From the NCBI RefSeq assembly GCF_964355755.1, contig NC_092673.1:7130001-7194000 (forward strand): a DNA stretch of 64,000 nucleotides, written 5' to 3'. A program made the translations under genes and the position numbers. Position 1 is the stretch's first letter. Every line of letters begins with the position of its first letter. The notes beneath the pieces were generated by a model, which had not been told where the DNA came from, searched no databases, and was given only the letters and a program-made list of their open reading frames with translations. The stretch is from Antedon mediterranea. Lineage: Eukaryota > Animalia > Echinodermata. Shown here piece by piece: positions 1-11,721 of this stretch.

Positions 1-1474
1 CATTGTCCGATTTTATATCGTGATGGGGCGCTGTGCAACTTGGAAAACGGCACTCTCATTTTTGTTTGACAACAGTTGAAAAGACTACTTTATTTGGAAA
101 AAAATATGGAACTTATTTTTAAAATACAATGTTGTCAATATCGTCGCATTATTGTAACTTTATAATGCAACAGTCAAAAATACATTACAAATATTTTGAA
201 TGAATGAATGAATTTAGTTTGAATGATTTATACTAATTTCCAACATTTAGATGCTGCTTAGTGATGCTGTACAAATGTTAGTTATATATCTCTGTAAACT
301 TCATTCATCACATTACCATTGATATAAACAATATTATATAAACATTATTAAATGTACGATTGATTTAAAATACTGTAGACTGTATCTGTTAAAATATTCT
401 TCAAATTTTCTTTTGAAAATGAATTTACTTATTTAAATATTATTATAAATGCACATAGACAATTACAAACCGTGGCCAGATTGCATGCAATATCACACAA
501 ATAAATATATAATAAAATATTGTTCAATTACAATTGACTACAATACTAAATTACCGTATATGTATATATTTACAATGTATATACTGTAATACATAAAGGA
601 TATACTATGATATAAACAGAAAAGGAAACATTAAGAGAAAATGTAAAACCTTTTATTCCATCTATGATATCCAATTTATATGACAACGAAGAGTAGGCAT
701 AATATTAGGTTACCAATATGCATGTATGATGTTTACTTCGATTGTAGAAACAAATTGGTTCTTGCATTTGGTTATACTTGATTGGATATTAGATGAGAAA
801 TCAAGGTTTCGTTAAAATTCCGTAAAATTTACCTGTCATTATTATGTTTATTTGCATCTATCAACCTTGGACACTGATTTAAGCAGTTTTGTTATTTAAC
901 TATTATTTGTATAATACTCTCTCAACCATGGCCATCATACAGATGTTTGAATGTGAAAATCTTTTCAACTAGTTCAAGGAAATGACCATTTATGTAGTGT
1001 GATCTGAGTGGTCAGATTTTTTCCATGGTCAAGACTTGCATTGTTTACATTCTAAAAATTGATGCGATTATCTCGAAAGGCATCCCAAGGCTGCTTTGTT
1101 TGTGCCAACACAACATTATCTGCGCATGTGCAGTTTGGTCATATTCACTTTGGAAGGTCAATAGCTGGAAGTGCAAATTTTTGCTTTAATAATGTCATTA
1201 GTTTAATTAAATTTGCTCTTAGTTTTATTCAGTGTGATTATAGAAAAAATGATAATATATTGATCCTAAATTAAACAATTTCCAATTCTAATTTTTAACT
1301 GCAGAAATTACTAAATAAATCGGTTATTTATTACATTATTACATTTTTAAACAAGATTAATTAGATTTATGTTCACATTCCCTAATATGAATTTCATTTA
1401 AGGTATGTTTAATTTGAATTGTGAATTAATCGTGTACATTGGATACTTTATTAAGTCGAAACAAAGACCCAGGA

Positions 1475-1700
1475 AATAATTTTCCACTGAAAAATTATTT
1501 CGTTTTTTAAATATTAGGTTGAATATGCCATTTTAATGTCATATAAGTTATTCACTTCGACCAAAAATCGAGAAAAAAATCATTTACCTAGAAAAAATGC
1601 AATTTAACGCAAAAATAGTCCAAATTGACTGTTGGTTGAATTTAAGCGTATATTTTATCTTTTTATAAGTGAAAACATTATTTGTTTTTATACGCTATGG
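1475..1700 (+). mobile_element. Kolobok-like MITE family, partial copy
   Basis: GTTGAATATGCCATTTTAATGTCA...TTCGACCAAAAAT...ATAAGTGAAAACA, reverse-complement similar to 25647-25990. Confidence 0.65.
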
Positions 1701-2036
1701 AAATGTAATACTTTTCCTTTGCCTTTAATATTTTGCTTAAACGAATTTCTTTACTATGGACTTGTAACATTGTAATTTTGTTGGCGACTCATTTGTAAAC
1801 TGCTTTTCAACCAATACTACACCTTGATTAAATTGTAGTTTTTGTTTAAATATCGCCCAGGCTGAAACGGCGAACAAATTAATTATTTACAAAACAAAAT
1901 TCTATATACAGATAGTTTAACCAACAAATACCGTTTTATAAATAGATATAGTAGTACGATACCTGATCATTAACCAAATTAAAAGAATAAAATTAAAGAA
2001 CATTTTTAGGCTAAATCCGGTATAAAAGACTGGTAC

Positions 2037-2965
2037 TTTTTTTTTGTCTTATGTAGGATCGACCCACTTTTATTTCTTCATCAATAAAATGTTCGTTTAC
2101 AATGCATTGCACATCAGTAATGTAATGATACAATACAATATAATTGACATTAAATAACTTTCGGTACATCTGATATCTCACTCCTACACCATTGCATTTT
2201 ATATATAATAGTATAAGGAAAGAAGAAAAAAAAATATTTTCCTCTATGTTATACACTCTTTACACGTTTTTCAATCCTTAACAATGTACGTATAATTTAC
2301 CACAGAATTCTTTATTTTATAACTCTTTTTATCTCTTTCAGGCAATCAAAAAAAAGTTCTATTTTACTTTACCTAAATATCAATTTTATAAATGTTAATT
2401 TTATACCTTGCTAAATTGTTACGGTCCATATCTGACCACATTTTTTTTGCCTTTTTTTTATTTATTAAAAACTGACAATTGATTATACCTTCTAACTCCG
2501 CAGTGAACATTAACCATGGACATTTTTTAACAAGTCCTAGGCTATGTTTGACTTTACTTTTATAAACACAGAAAGTTAAAATGGAAAATATTTCATTAAT
2601 TTTGACATCATATTTTCCAAGTACAATTTTCTTCCATGTAACTTCCTGAGTAAAAGCAAAACATGTTTTCAGCATAGCGCAACATTTTACCCAGCAATGT
2701 TTTACTTCTTTGCATGTAAATAACATATGCTTTTCATTTTCAACCTCCTCATTACAATATTCACAATAATTACTGTTTGACAAATTCCATAATATTAGCT
2801 TACACCTAGTTGGTAAAATTTTATGTAGCAACTTAAAATTAAAGAAAGCCACTCTTTTTATGTGCAACATACTCTTAACTTTGTTTTTCCAACATAGATT
2901 CTAGTCAATAAAACAATTTTGAAGTTGGTTTTCCCATTTATCTTGTGCTTTTGGTAAGCACGCTT
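2037..2965 (-). mobile_element. 5'-truncated L1/Tx1-type LINE (C-terminal zinc-binding region of ORF2 plus 3' UTR and poly(A))
   Basis: ORF 2373-2870(-) has FNFKLLHKILPT...CEYC...ENEKHMLFTC, the CCHC C-terminal (zf-RVT-like) region of non-LTR ORF2. T-run at 2037-2045 is the minus-strand poly(A), with AATAAA shortly before it. Flanking direct repeat TAAAAGACTG(G/A)TAC at 2023-2036 and 2966-2979. Confidence 0.9.
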
Positions 2966-5786
2966 TAAAAGACTGATACTTTATAGAAAGCATCGCATTA
3001 CATACAATGCCACTTCAATATCCTACCATTAAACATAAAGATGTGTTCTTGAGATCATTGTAGACAAGTAATAACTATCTCTACTCGTTACAATGCTATT
3101 GATTTTATATAGGCCTAATTATTCTATTAGTATTATGTAATCGAAGCAATACACATTGACCTCTTAGAAGGTTGGGGAAACCGTTTAACCTAATTCCAGT
3201 GGAGGTTGGGAATACCCTTTGACCCTCAAGCTTGGGGGACGTTTCTTTATCTGCCTCCGACTGTTCAGTTATCCCCTTATACACGCTAGGCCTAGGTCAA
3301 AGTTACGCATCTACTCAACATTGGAAGGTTGTTTAACTGCATTACTGCTGCGTGACATTGTTAGTGAAGACCATGGCCTGCATAGCCTAGCAACGGTAAT
3401 AGCTAACTTAACCTTATGATAAAAGGCAGTAATCAGACAGAGATGGAGTTATCAGCCTTCTGCGTATAAGGTCGATGTGGAGAGGTGTTTCCCGGCCTTA
3501 CATCTATGTAATGATCTTCAAAATGGCCTCTATACTTTTGCTTTTAAACTTAGTCCACAATTCAATAAATGTATTCAAGACCAGTAAAGAGCGACAAGAA
3601 CGTACTGTAATTTGATAGAACCATGGTCTCCGTGACATAAATATGTAACTTCGTAAATGTGTTTACACCAATTATAACATTTCAGGCCTAATGATTATAT
3701 TTGTTTTTTTCTATTTTATTAAATAAATCATTCAAATACCACCTGTCAATTGCAGCAACAGCTTGTGACTGTATAGGACTGGTTGTGTATTACATTTTGA
3801 ATTATAGTATAGGCCAGTTTGCAACTCTCTAATGAGGCTACCAACAATGTCACTGTGGTTTTAGTTTTATATGTAGCTCTTAAATGGGTATTGAGGTAGT
3901 TTTAAGACAGTTGAATTTCGGGAGACGAGATATTATACAGAACAGTCTTCAATATCGATCATTAAGCCACCACATCTGATAGATAGATAGATAGATAAAT
4001 TAAAAAAAGATTCTTTCTGCAAAAAGTTTCTACAATTTTAGAATGCCTACTAAAAAAATATTCATATAATATACGTATCTTTACAAAGGATGTTAATTTT
4101 TTTTTATCAATTATCTTCAAGGTATTGATTACTACTATAGTTTATAATTCTAAATTATAGTTATTGGTAATTTTGAATTCCATAAATTATGAAAGTCAAT
4201 TATAAAGTCATGGACGAATGAAAAAATAGCCGTAATTAAATTCTACAACTGATCAAGTCCAGGCACCTGAACCACCAAAGACCTTGTGTAAAATCCAGAT
4301 AAATTGAAGTCCAAGCACAAATAGCCTTGTGATGTCCAGGGCCTATTATTTGACCATAGGCCCACAGCCTTGGTCATGCTGATTGCTCATTATGCGGGGA
4401 AACAAAAATACAGTATTGGCTTATTTCTTGCTGCTATTAATAATAATCGGGCACCATAAAATCCAACCAAGGTTAAATGTTACGTAATCTCAAGGTAGAA
4501 CTAATTTAAATGTCAATTGATGAAATGATAATTTTCAATGCAGAGTAGTCCTCCAAGGTTGTATTGAGTAACGATAGATGTAACGTCTTCCGTTTTTAGA
4601 ACACTAAAAAAAACTCGTGGTCTAGAGTACCTCTTGGTCATTTCGAACCCTAATGATATGAAAAAGTCTCAGAAAAACATGGTGGCATTATATTTTTCAA
4701 ATTTACAATTTGGAAAATTCATGACTGGGCTATTATATTATTAACAAGATTTTATCAAACAAATAATAAAATTGAATAGTCTACCTGATTATTTACCTTC
4801 AGCTAAAAATTAGTAAAATATTAAATCACAGTTCGTGTATCATAAAAAAGAAAACGAGCACCAAATCAATATCGATTAATCATTTTTGACAGGTTGTTGT
4901 CAATGAAAGTGTTAATTCACTCCAACAAATATATTCTTAATTAAACTCCACAACTTATATCATTGTTACATATTAATACTATATCATTTCTAAAACTTTT
5001 TAAATTGCATCGACCTTTAATAAACTCGATACGAGATTTTCATCCTTCGGTACAAACGAGTTTATTCTATATTAAAATGGTATTAAAACATTGTTTGACG
5101 AATTTTTACATTAAATAACTTTGTTGTTTGTTTCATATTCTTTTTCTTTGTTCATAAAAAGTCTAGATTTTAAAAAGCATATTTTTATTTTATTTTAAAA
5201 TTCCAATCGATTATTGATATCTAGCTGGTTAATTGTGTTATCAGCCATACCATAGCCATACCTTTTCTACTGAGTACTGTATTTGAATACAATCATTTCT
5301 CAAAAATAGAAAATAAAAAATAATGCCTATGGTGTAGGCTTTTACAATACATTGTAAATTGAACATGTTTTATTAAAACGTAAAATTATTCAGAGAGTTT
5401 AAAAAAAAATGTTGTAAAAAATAAAATTAAAATAATGTTAGGCTTTTAACAATGTTTAATAAGGATTAGTTTAACAAGGATTAGTTTTTTTTTCTCTTTT
5501 GTGGCCAAAACACCACTTTTATTCACATTCATATTATTTCATATTACATAAAATCGTATTATTTAACTTGTAAATGTCGTTACAGTTCATAAGTAACATT
5601 TTTACATATATGAATTCTGTATTACTCCTTTTTTCATAAATTTTCTTATATTTTGCTATACACTTGACAGGATCATCATTATCATCTATCCCGTTTTAAA
5701 ATAGTTTTTTCACATTTTTATTTGTTTGTTTTCATTTTACAACCCGGATTATACAATATATTTATATACATGATAAAAAGAAAATA

Positions 5787-7343
5787 AACTAGAATTTAAT
5801 TCGTCACTTTGACGAATTATAGGTGATCATTTTTATCGCTTTACTGACATTAATATTTTTTAAACATGCACGTACGTTAACATACAATAGGAAAATGTTG
5901 ATGTATACCATCCTGATATACGCTATAGTGCTGAGTTGTGCCTATTATGTGTCATATACAATATGTACAGTTTATATCTATATACAGTGTAGCATAGGTG
6001 AAATTACGGGACCCACATCATGTTCAAATTTTTTGGTATGATGGAATTATCAAAATAAACTCGAAGATGACAATTTCGAAAGATAATAAATTGAGCAAAT
6101 AAATATAAGGATTGGAAGATAATTTGACACGTAGAAGCGCAATGCGCGCTCTTTGAAATTTGTATAACTTTGACTAAAGAAATTTAAAAACAACGTTTTA
6201 ACTTCAACTGGCCATATGATAACATCACAACATCCGATGGGCTTAATTTTTATATGAATTCATATCTACATTTATTCAGCTTTCATAATAAATTATAATC
6301 TTCAAGGTCACCTTTAATTCTGAAGAGCTATAACATATTCAAATGTATGGTGTAGCTGAAATTACACGACCTTGGTTATTAAAGTTTTTACACATGATGA
6401 CGTCATCAAAATAAAAATGTTGACAACTCTTGAGAAAGATAATTAATTGAGCAAGCACATACTAAAATTTCGGCGAAAATCGGGCTCAAATAACGGAGAT
6501 GCGCTCTATTGAATGTGATAACCCACACAAAAAGATAAAAATTACTAATTTTTAAATTAAAGTGGCCATTTGATGACGTCATACCATTTTGTATGTCTAA
6601 TGTGTACATGAATATGTATCTACAACCCAATGGCTTCCCGAATAAGTTAAAAAAATTGGGGGTCACCTGCCATTCTGAAGAGTTATATTCATTTTAAAAA
6701 GGCCTTATTTTTCACCATTTTCAGCACTTTGATGCAATTAATTTGCGCATTTTGTTATTTTTAACCTGCTCGTATAGCGTTATTTTAAGTCGGAACTGAC
6801 TCAAATTTGGTGAATGTACTAAGGATGGTGAGTAGAACGCGATTTGTATAAAAAAATTGCAATTTTTACGCTTTGTAAGTATCGCGTGCGCAAAATATTT
6901 TTTTTGCGCAGTAATTTTTTGAAACACGCAATTGGCCTAATTCATGCTCTAAATTGATTAAAACGTAATTTTGAGCTTTTTAAATTGCGCATGACCCTAC
7001 GTGCGCGCGCGTTTTTACTTGCTAATATTTTTACCCTTGACCTGAAGTTTACGTGTAGTGAATTTCATAAATATGTGATAATGAATTATGGATATATGAT
7101 TGATAATGTGATTTCACAAAATGGCGTATACGTGACGTCACGGGTGAGAGATCACGCTGAAAAGCTTATTATGGCTAAGTTAAAGTATTTGAAAGACATT
7201 GTGAAATTTTTGTGATCATTGCTATTCAACTTTTTGAGATATTTGATGAACAAAAAGTGTACAGAAAGAATAATAACAATAATAAAGATTTTGTACAATA
7301 ACAATAGGTGATCATTTTATTCTAAATGAAATGATCACCTAAT
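5787..7343 (-). mobile_element. Non-autonomous Helentron-like (HINE/DINE-1 architecture) element, family A
   Basis: On the minus strand: 5' subterminal repeat within a hairpin (AGGTGATCATTT...AAATGATCACCT, 7306-7340), then a TATT/TGTT simple-repeat tract. The matching 3' subterminal repeat TAGGTGATCATTT is at 5820-5832 and a terminal stem-loop TAATTCGTCA-ctt-TGACGAATTA at 5797-5819. A-rich junctions, no TSD. Degenerate internal duplication ~6060-6400 vs ~6410-6690. Confidence 0.75.
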
Positions 7344-8832
7344 AAAACAATAATAGCTCAGTACCACCAGTAACCCGTATCACAGTAATTCCTTTTCTGA
7401 TAATCGTATCAAATTAGAAATTATATTAGCATAATATTATTTCTTAAAGCTACCCATTTTTATATACTTTATTTCTTTCTGTATTGTTATATGTTTCACA
7501 TTCAATGTTATATAACATATTGCTTTTAAATGAATTCCATAACGATTTACCCACTGGCTTATTTAGTGCTGATAACATTTTTATTCTATAAATAGTAAAT
7601 GCTGCAAAAGTGTATAAATATAATCTATTAGCTTATCTCCCGTTCCTAGTATTAATTGTTTAAATGATATATTATTGTGGTTTAAACTTACAAAGATACT
7701 AAGCATTTTCCTCCAAAATTTCTGAATAAATCTACAACTAAAAAACAAATGATTTTCATTTTCAATTTCTCCACATTTGTCACACGTTTGTGTTTCCTTA
7801 ACTTTCCACTGATACAGCCGTTTGTTGGTAGGCAGTATTCTATGTAACATCTTATAATTGAATTGTGCTAGTTTCTTATCTTTCATTTTACATACTTTCC
7901 GTAACCAAGATGTTTTCCAATCTATGTTGTTATCATTGAAGTACTCTTCCCATTTTAGTTGTGACGTTGGAATAATGAAATATTCTTTCACAAACCATGA
8001 GTATATTAGTTTGGTAGTAATAATCTCATACTTGGTCCCAACTAACTCATCATTATCATCGCAATTGAAAATATCTACCTCCTTAATAATACGTTTCCAT
8101 TGAATTGGTATTGCCTTAATAATGCACAAAAACTCATTTAACCAGTTTGTTTTACATTGTAGTTTCACCAGTATTTCGTTTGATGTTAAAACAGTGTTCT
8201 TATTAACAATGTTTTTAATACTGATAATGCCACTGTCAATCCAATGCTTGTAGAAAAGCGATTTTTTTTTTAGTTTAACGTAGTGGTTTCCCCACAGTTG
8301 CTCATTCATTATATCGTTATAAGTTTCAGGTTTTTTTTAGAGATTCTGTTATAATTTAATTTAAGTAGCTTTTATCATATTTTTGTAAAACAGTGGAATT
8401 TTATCAGAATTAACATCACTAATGCTATGACATGACATATTAAGTAAAACATTAACATCACATATTTTTTTAATATAATACATTGGAATATTTTTCCATT
8501 TAGCACCATTATCATTCATAATTCTTTTTAACCAGCCACACATGAGTGCGTTAACATGAAGAGTAAAGTCAGGCATTTTAATGCCTCCCATCTCATCATC
8601 ACCAATTATAGTTTTTCTTTTTATCTTTTCCCTTTTATTGTTCCAAATAAAATTATATATTAGATTTGTAACTTGTGTATATACATATTTTGGAACATCA
8701 GTGATATTTGCAGCATATGTTAATTTAGATAGTGCAAGACTTTTCAGGATTATTATTCTACCAAAAATTGAAAGATTTCTAGCATTCCATTGTTTTAAAG
8801 TCTTTTATAGCTCTATTAATTTAACATCCCAG

Positions 8833-9535
8833 TTTTTAGTCGCGTGGAAGCGACTCTATAGTTCACTATGTCAGTCGGTTGGTCGGTCGGTAAACACTAA
8901 CTTGTATATGACCTTATCTTGATATCAGTTTAATCTAGCTTAGTCAATTTTTCACAGTATATTCCTTATGGCCAGGAATCGATGTGGTTATGTTTTCACG
9001 GTGCGCAATAAAAAATTACGCGGTCTACGCACGATTTAACGAAATCACGTTTTTACAGTAATCAAATCTTCACAACCATGAATCACAATTAAATACAATT
9101 TGGTACTCATAAATTTCAGGGCATAAATCATCATATGGCAATACAATTACGCGCGTAGCGCATGTAACGCATGCGTACGCGCGCTTAAAATTTTCAAAAT
9201 TTATTTTCGATGAAATAAGAGTACGTTTCAGGCAATTTTAAGCGTTTACAAAATTGCCATGAGTGCGCAGATTTTTTGCGCGCACTGCACGTTAAATGTT
9301 ATTGCGCACTCTTTTTGCCCGATTTCTGTTTTCTTGACTTACTTTTCAACTTGAAATTACGTTATACGAGCACGTCAAAACTGACAGGCTACGCACGTGT
9401 AAATTTAAAAAATATAACTGTTTTTAAACATTTCAACATTTTTAAACATGTTCAGTAATTTCGGTCAGTTGGTAGGTTGGTCGGTCGGTCGGTAAACACT
9501 AAGCACGCGACTGCAGCCATCTATATGGCCTTGTT
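8833..9535 (+). mobile_element. Non-autonomous Helentron-like (HINE/DINE-1 architecture) element, family B, copy 1
   Basis: Starts TTTTTAGTCGCGTGGAAGCGACT (subterminal repeat plus hairpin), has (GTCG)n-type tracts, and ends CACGCGACT (inverted subterminal repeat), a GCCAT-ctat-ATGGC stem-loop and TTGTT. Inserted in a T-run; removing it rejoins LINE ORF2 (...EECTR-NWDVKL...). Near-identical inverted copy at 49627-50418. Confidence 0.88.
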
Positions 9536-10054
9536 TCTGGTACATTCTTCTGTATTATACCCTACATATATGCCTAAAATTTTGATCGGGTGTTTTACCC
9601 AATTTAATTCTAAAGGCCTATCTATTCTGTTCTTCCATTTACCAATCAAAAAAGCATTGGTTTTTTTTTTATTTAGTGTCATTCCAGATACTTCACAAAA
9701 AAGTTCAATTACACTGACTGCTGACTTAATACTTTTGTCATTACCAACATACAAAACAGTATCATCGGCTAATTGGCTTATTCTAGCTTCTATGTTATTT
9801 TCATTATTTGGAAGTTTAATACGCGGTACCCTTATATAGTCATCTTTGTTTCTTATTCTAGATGCCATTACTTCAACCACTAAAATGAATAACAGAGCAG
9901 ATAGAGGACAACCTTGTCTAATACCTCTTTCCATTTTAAAATTGTTTGAAACCCAGCCATTTTTAACTGTGACACATTCAACGTTATTATATAATACTTT
10001 TACCCAGTTACAAAAGGAATAGTTTAATAAAGATTGTGTATTTCTTTTTATTAG

Positions 10055-10739
10055 TTAACATCTGAGGAAATAGAAAGGATTATGTCTGGTGAAGAATATG
10101 GCATGGTAGAAAGTAGTAGTAAAGCAAGTGCGATGAGTCCATCTAGAAGTGATGGTTTTTCCGACCAGTATTCGCCGAACTCAAACGGTACAGACAGCGT
10201 TTACTCGGGTGATTCTGATCGCCAGGACGGACAACAACCTCAGGTAGATGTTGGAAGACCTAGATGGTTTCCAAGTAACAGTTCTCTTCTTCCTGAAGTC
10301 GAGAAGTTAATCATAATTGAAATGCAACAACATCTCCAAATACCATGTGAATATACTTCAAAAAAGGTAGTTGATCCAATAGAACTGTTTGAGTTACTTT
10401 GTAAAATAATGGACGAGACACTGCATATTGAAATCCTGTGGGCTAAGAGAATGCCTTATGCCCACAAAGTCCCGATTGCAGATCTGACACTTATAATCAA
10501 AAGTACATGGGCAGAGAATCTAATTCTTGCTGCTCTTCACTCCAAACCTAAAAATGTTGTTGAAGATATTAGTAACATTTTAGAAAGTTATCTCCCGAAT
10601 GACGAAGAGCTTCGTCGATTTGGTCAGACTGGCATTGAGATTATAGACAAAATGACCACAACTGCTGCTCGATATCACAAGATGGCTGTTAACCTCGGAG
10701 AGTTCGTTTGCCTCAAGACAATCAATTTCCTTAACCCAG
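10055..10739 (+). CDS. NR6A1: Nuclear receptor GCNF/NR6A-like, hinge and most of the ligand-binding domain (internal exon)
   Basis: Acceptor TTTCTTTTTATTAG ends at 10054; donor G/GTATGA at 10740 (phase 1). Translation LTSEEIERIMSGEEY...ELFELLCKIMDETLHIEILWAKRMP...DLTLIIKSTWAE...EFVCLKTINFLNP resembles vertebrate GCNF (ISEEEIERIMSGQEF; AINFLNQ) as recalled. Confidence 0.92.
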
Positions 10740-10836
10740 GTATGAAGAATATGCTTTCTAATGATAAATGTAATGTGTTTCTTTTTGCCATACTGTAAAT
10801 GTTTTAATTTATTTTGTTTTACCACTATACTCTCCT

Positions 10837-11119
10837 AGATATTTCCCCCCTGAAATTTTTTATTTATTTAACTTAAATTATTTTTTTTGCATATGCCATT
10901 TTAATCTCACATGATAGTCATTAACTGTAAAATTTCCCTGAAAAATGTGTAATTTAAAAGCAAAGAATAGACAAGTTGTCTGTTTTTTTGTTAAATTTAA
11001 CAGTTTATTTTTCCATAAGTGAAACAATTATTTTTGAAACTACTACAAAATGACCTACAGTATTTAAAGTATAATTTTATCAATCTTAATTTTTCATGTT
11101 TTTGGGGGATAATACATCT
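10837..11119 (+). mobile_element. Kolobok-like MITE copy filling most of the last NR6A intron
   Basis: Shares ATATGCCATTTTAAT..CACAT and ATAAGTGAAA and the terminal GGGGATAATACATCT-TTAA with the copy at 25647-25990. Confidence 0.7.
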
Positions 11120-11221
11120 TTAAATGTGGGCACATTAATTCTATATATACAGGTATTAGGCTACATAGCAACCATGTAAATTGCTAAAACATATTACTCT
11201 TTATTTTATTTTATTGAATAG

Positions 11222-11520
11222 AAATAGAGGGCTTATCCGATTCAACAGCCATTGAAGAATTGAGCAAGCATTACTGTTTTTTACTACACGATCATTCGCA
11301 GCTGAACGACAACGCCCAAACGGGCCGCTTTAGGGAACTCATGATGTTGTTACCAGACGTGCGTTTTCTCGCGCGCAAATTTAACGAAGTGTCCGTAGAC
11401 AATATCCCTCTACTGTTCAAAGCCATAACGCATGCGTGCCAATTGAGAAACAGTTCTACACCGAATGCCGTTGATAGCGGGCCAACGACATCTTCAGCAG
11501 TGTCAATGATTACTGAATGA
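11222..11520 (+). CDS. NR6A1: Nuclear receptor GCNF/NR6A-like, terminal coding exon
   Basis: Acceptor AG at 11220-11221, in phase with the previous exon (G+AA=Glu). EIEGLSDSTAIEELSKHY...RFRELMMLLPDVRFLARKFNEVSVDNIPLLFKAITHAC matches the recalled GCNF C-terminus (DIRGL...RFPDLMMCLPEIRYIAGK...LPLLFKVVLHSC). TGA stop ends at 11520. Confidence 0.92.
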
Positions 11521-11715
11521 CTGAATGGTCAATTTTTAAGGCAATGTTTTACCTCCATGGTTTTATACAATGCAATATAAATTATTTTAAAAGCTGCATT
11601 TTAAGACTTAAGCAACTGTCCATAAAGTACTGTACAAGTCAATACTGATATGGCACCACTCAATTATCCATATGATACCTTGTTAGTACCATTGGTTTTT
11701 TTTGTATTAATTCAG

Positions 11716-11721
11716 AATAAA
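11716..11721 (+). promoter_or_regulatory. Candidate polyadenylation signal of the NR6A-like gene
   Basis: First AATAAA seen downstream of the stop codon (~195 nt). The AT-rich context makes this weak evidence. Confidence 0.35.

Larger units (their letters stand above)
5483..10019 (-). mobile_element. 5'-truncated, decayed L1/Tx1-type LINE (RT to C-terminus, 3' UTR), interrupted by two nested elements
   Basis: RT motifs GIRQGCPLSALLFILVVEVM, SQLADD and KILGI (9535-10019). Further fragments GGIKMPDF (8361-8591) and FNYKMLHRILPT...CDKC...HLFFSC (7581-8309), with stops and frameshifts between them. T-run at 5485-5493 with minus-strand AATAAA at ~5518-5523. Candidate TSD TAGTTTAA(C/T)AA(G/A)GATT at 5467-5482 and 10020-10035. 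The 3' boundary is less certain than the coding part. Confidence 0.88.

Noticed and set aside
1-5460. Search for the NR6A zinc-finger and AIREDGMPGGRNK-type exons
   Set aside because: No matching coding sequence found by eye; GTGATGTCCAGG (VMSR) at ~4329 does not continue into a zinc finger. The exons are presumed upstream of the window.
7858-9839. Plus-strand ORFs 7858-8103, 8581-8922, 9276-9458 and 9477-9839
   Set aside because: Antisense shadows of the LINE or translations of the inserted non-coding element.
10740-10798. C-terminal MKNMLSNDKCNVFLFAIL of the 238-aa ORF, and Met 10082 as start codon
   Set aside because: Homology stops at the GT donor at 10740 and resumes in phase at 11222. 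Homology also extends upstream of the Met to the acceptor at 10054, so this is an internal exon.
11550-11555. let-7 6-mer seed match TACCTC in the 3' UTR (vertebrate NR6A1 is a let-7 target)
   Set aside because: Only a 6-mer, and it is equally explained as part of the recurrent TACCTCCATG repeat-end motif.
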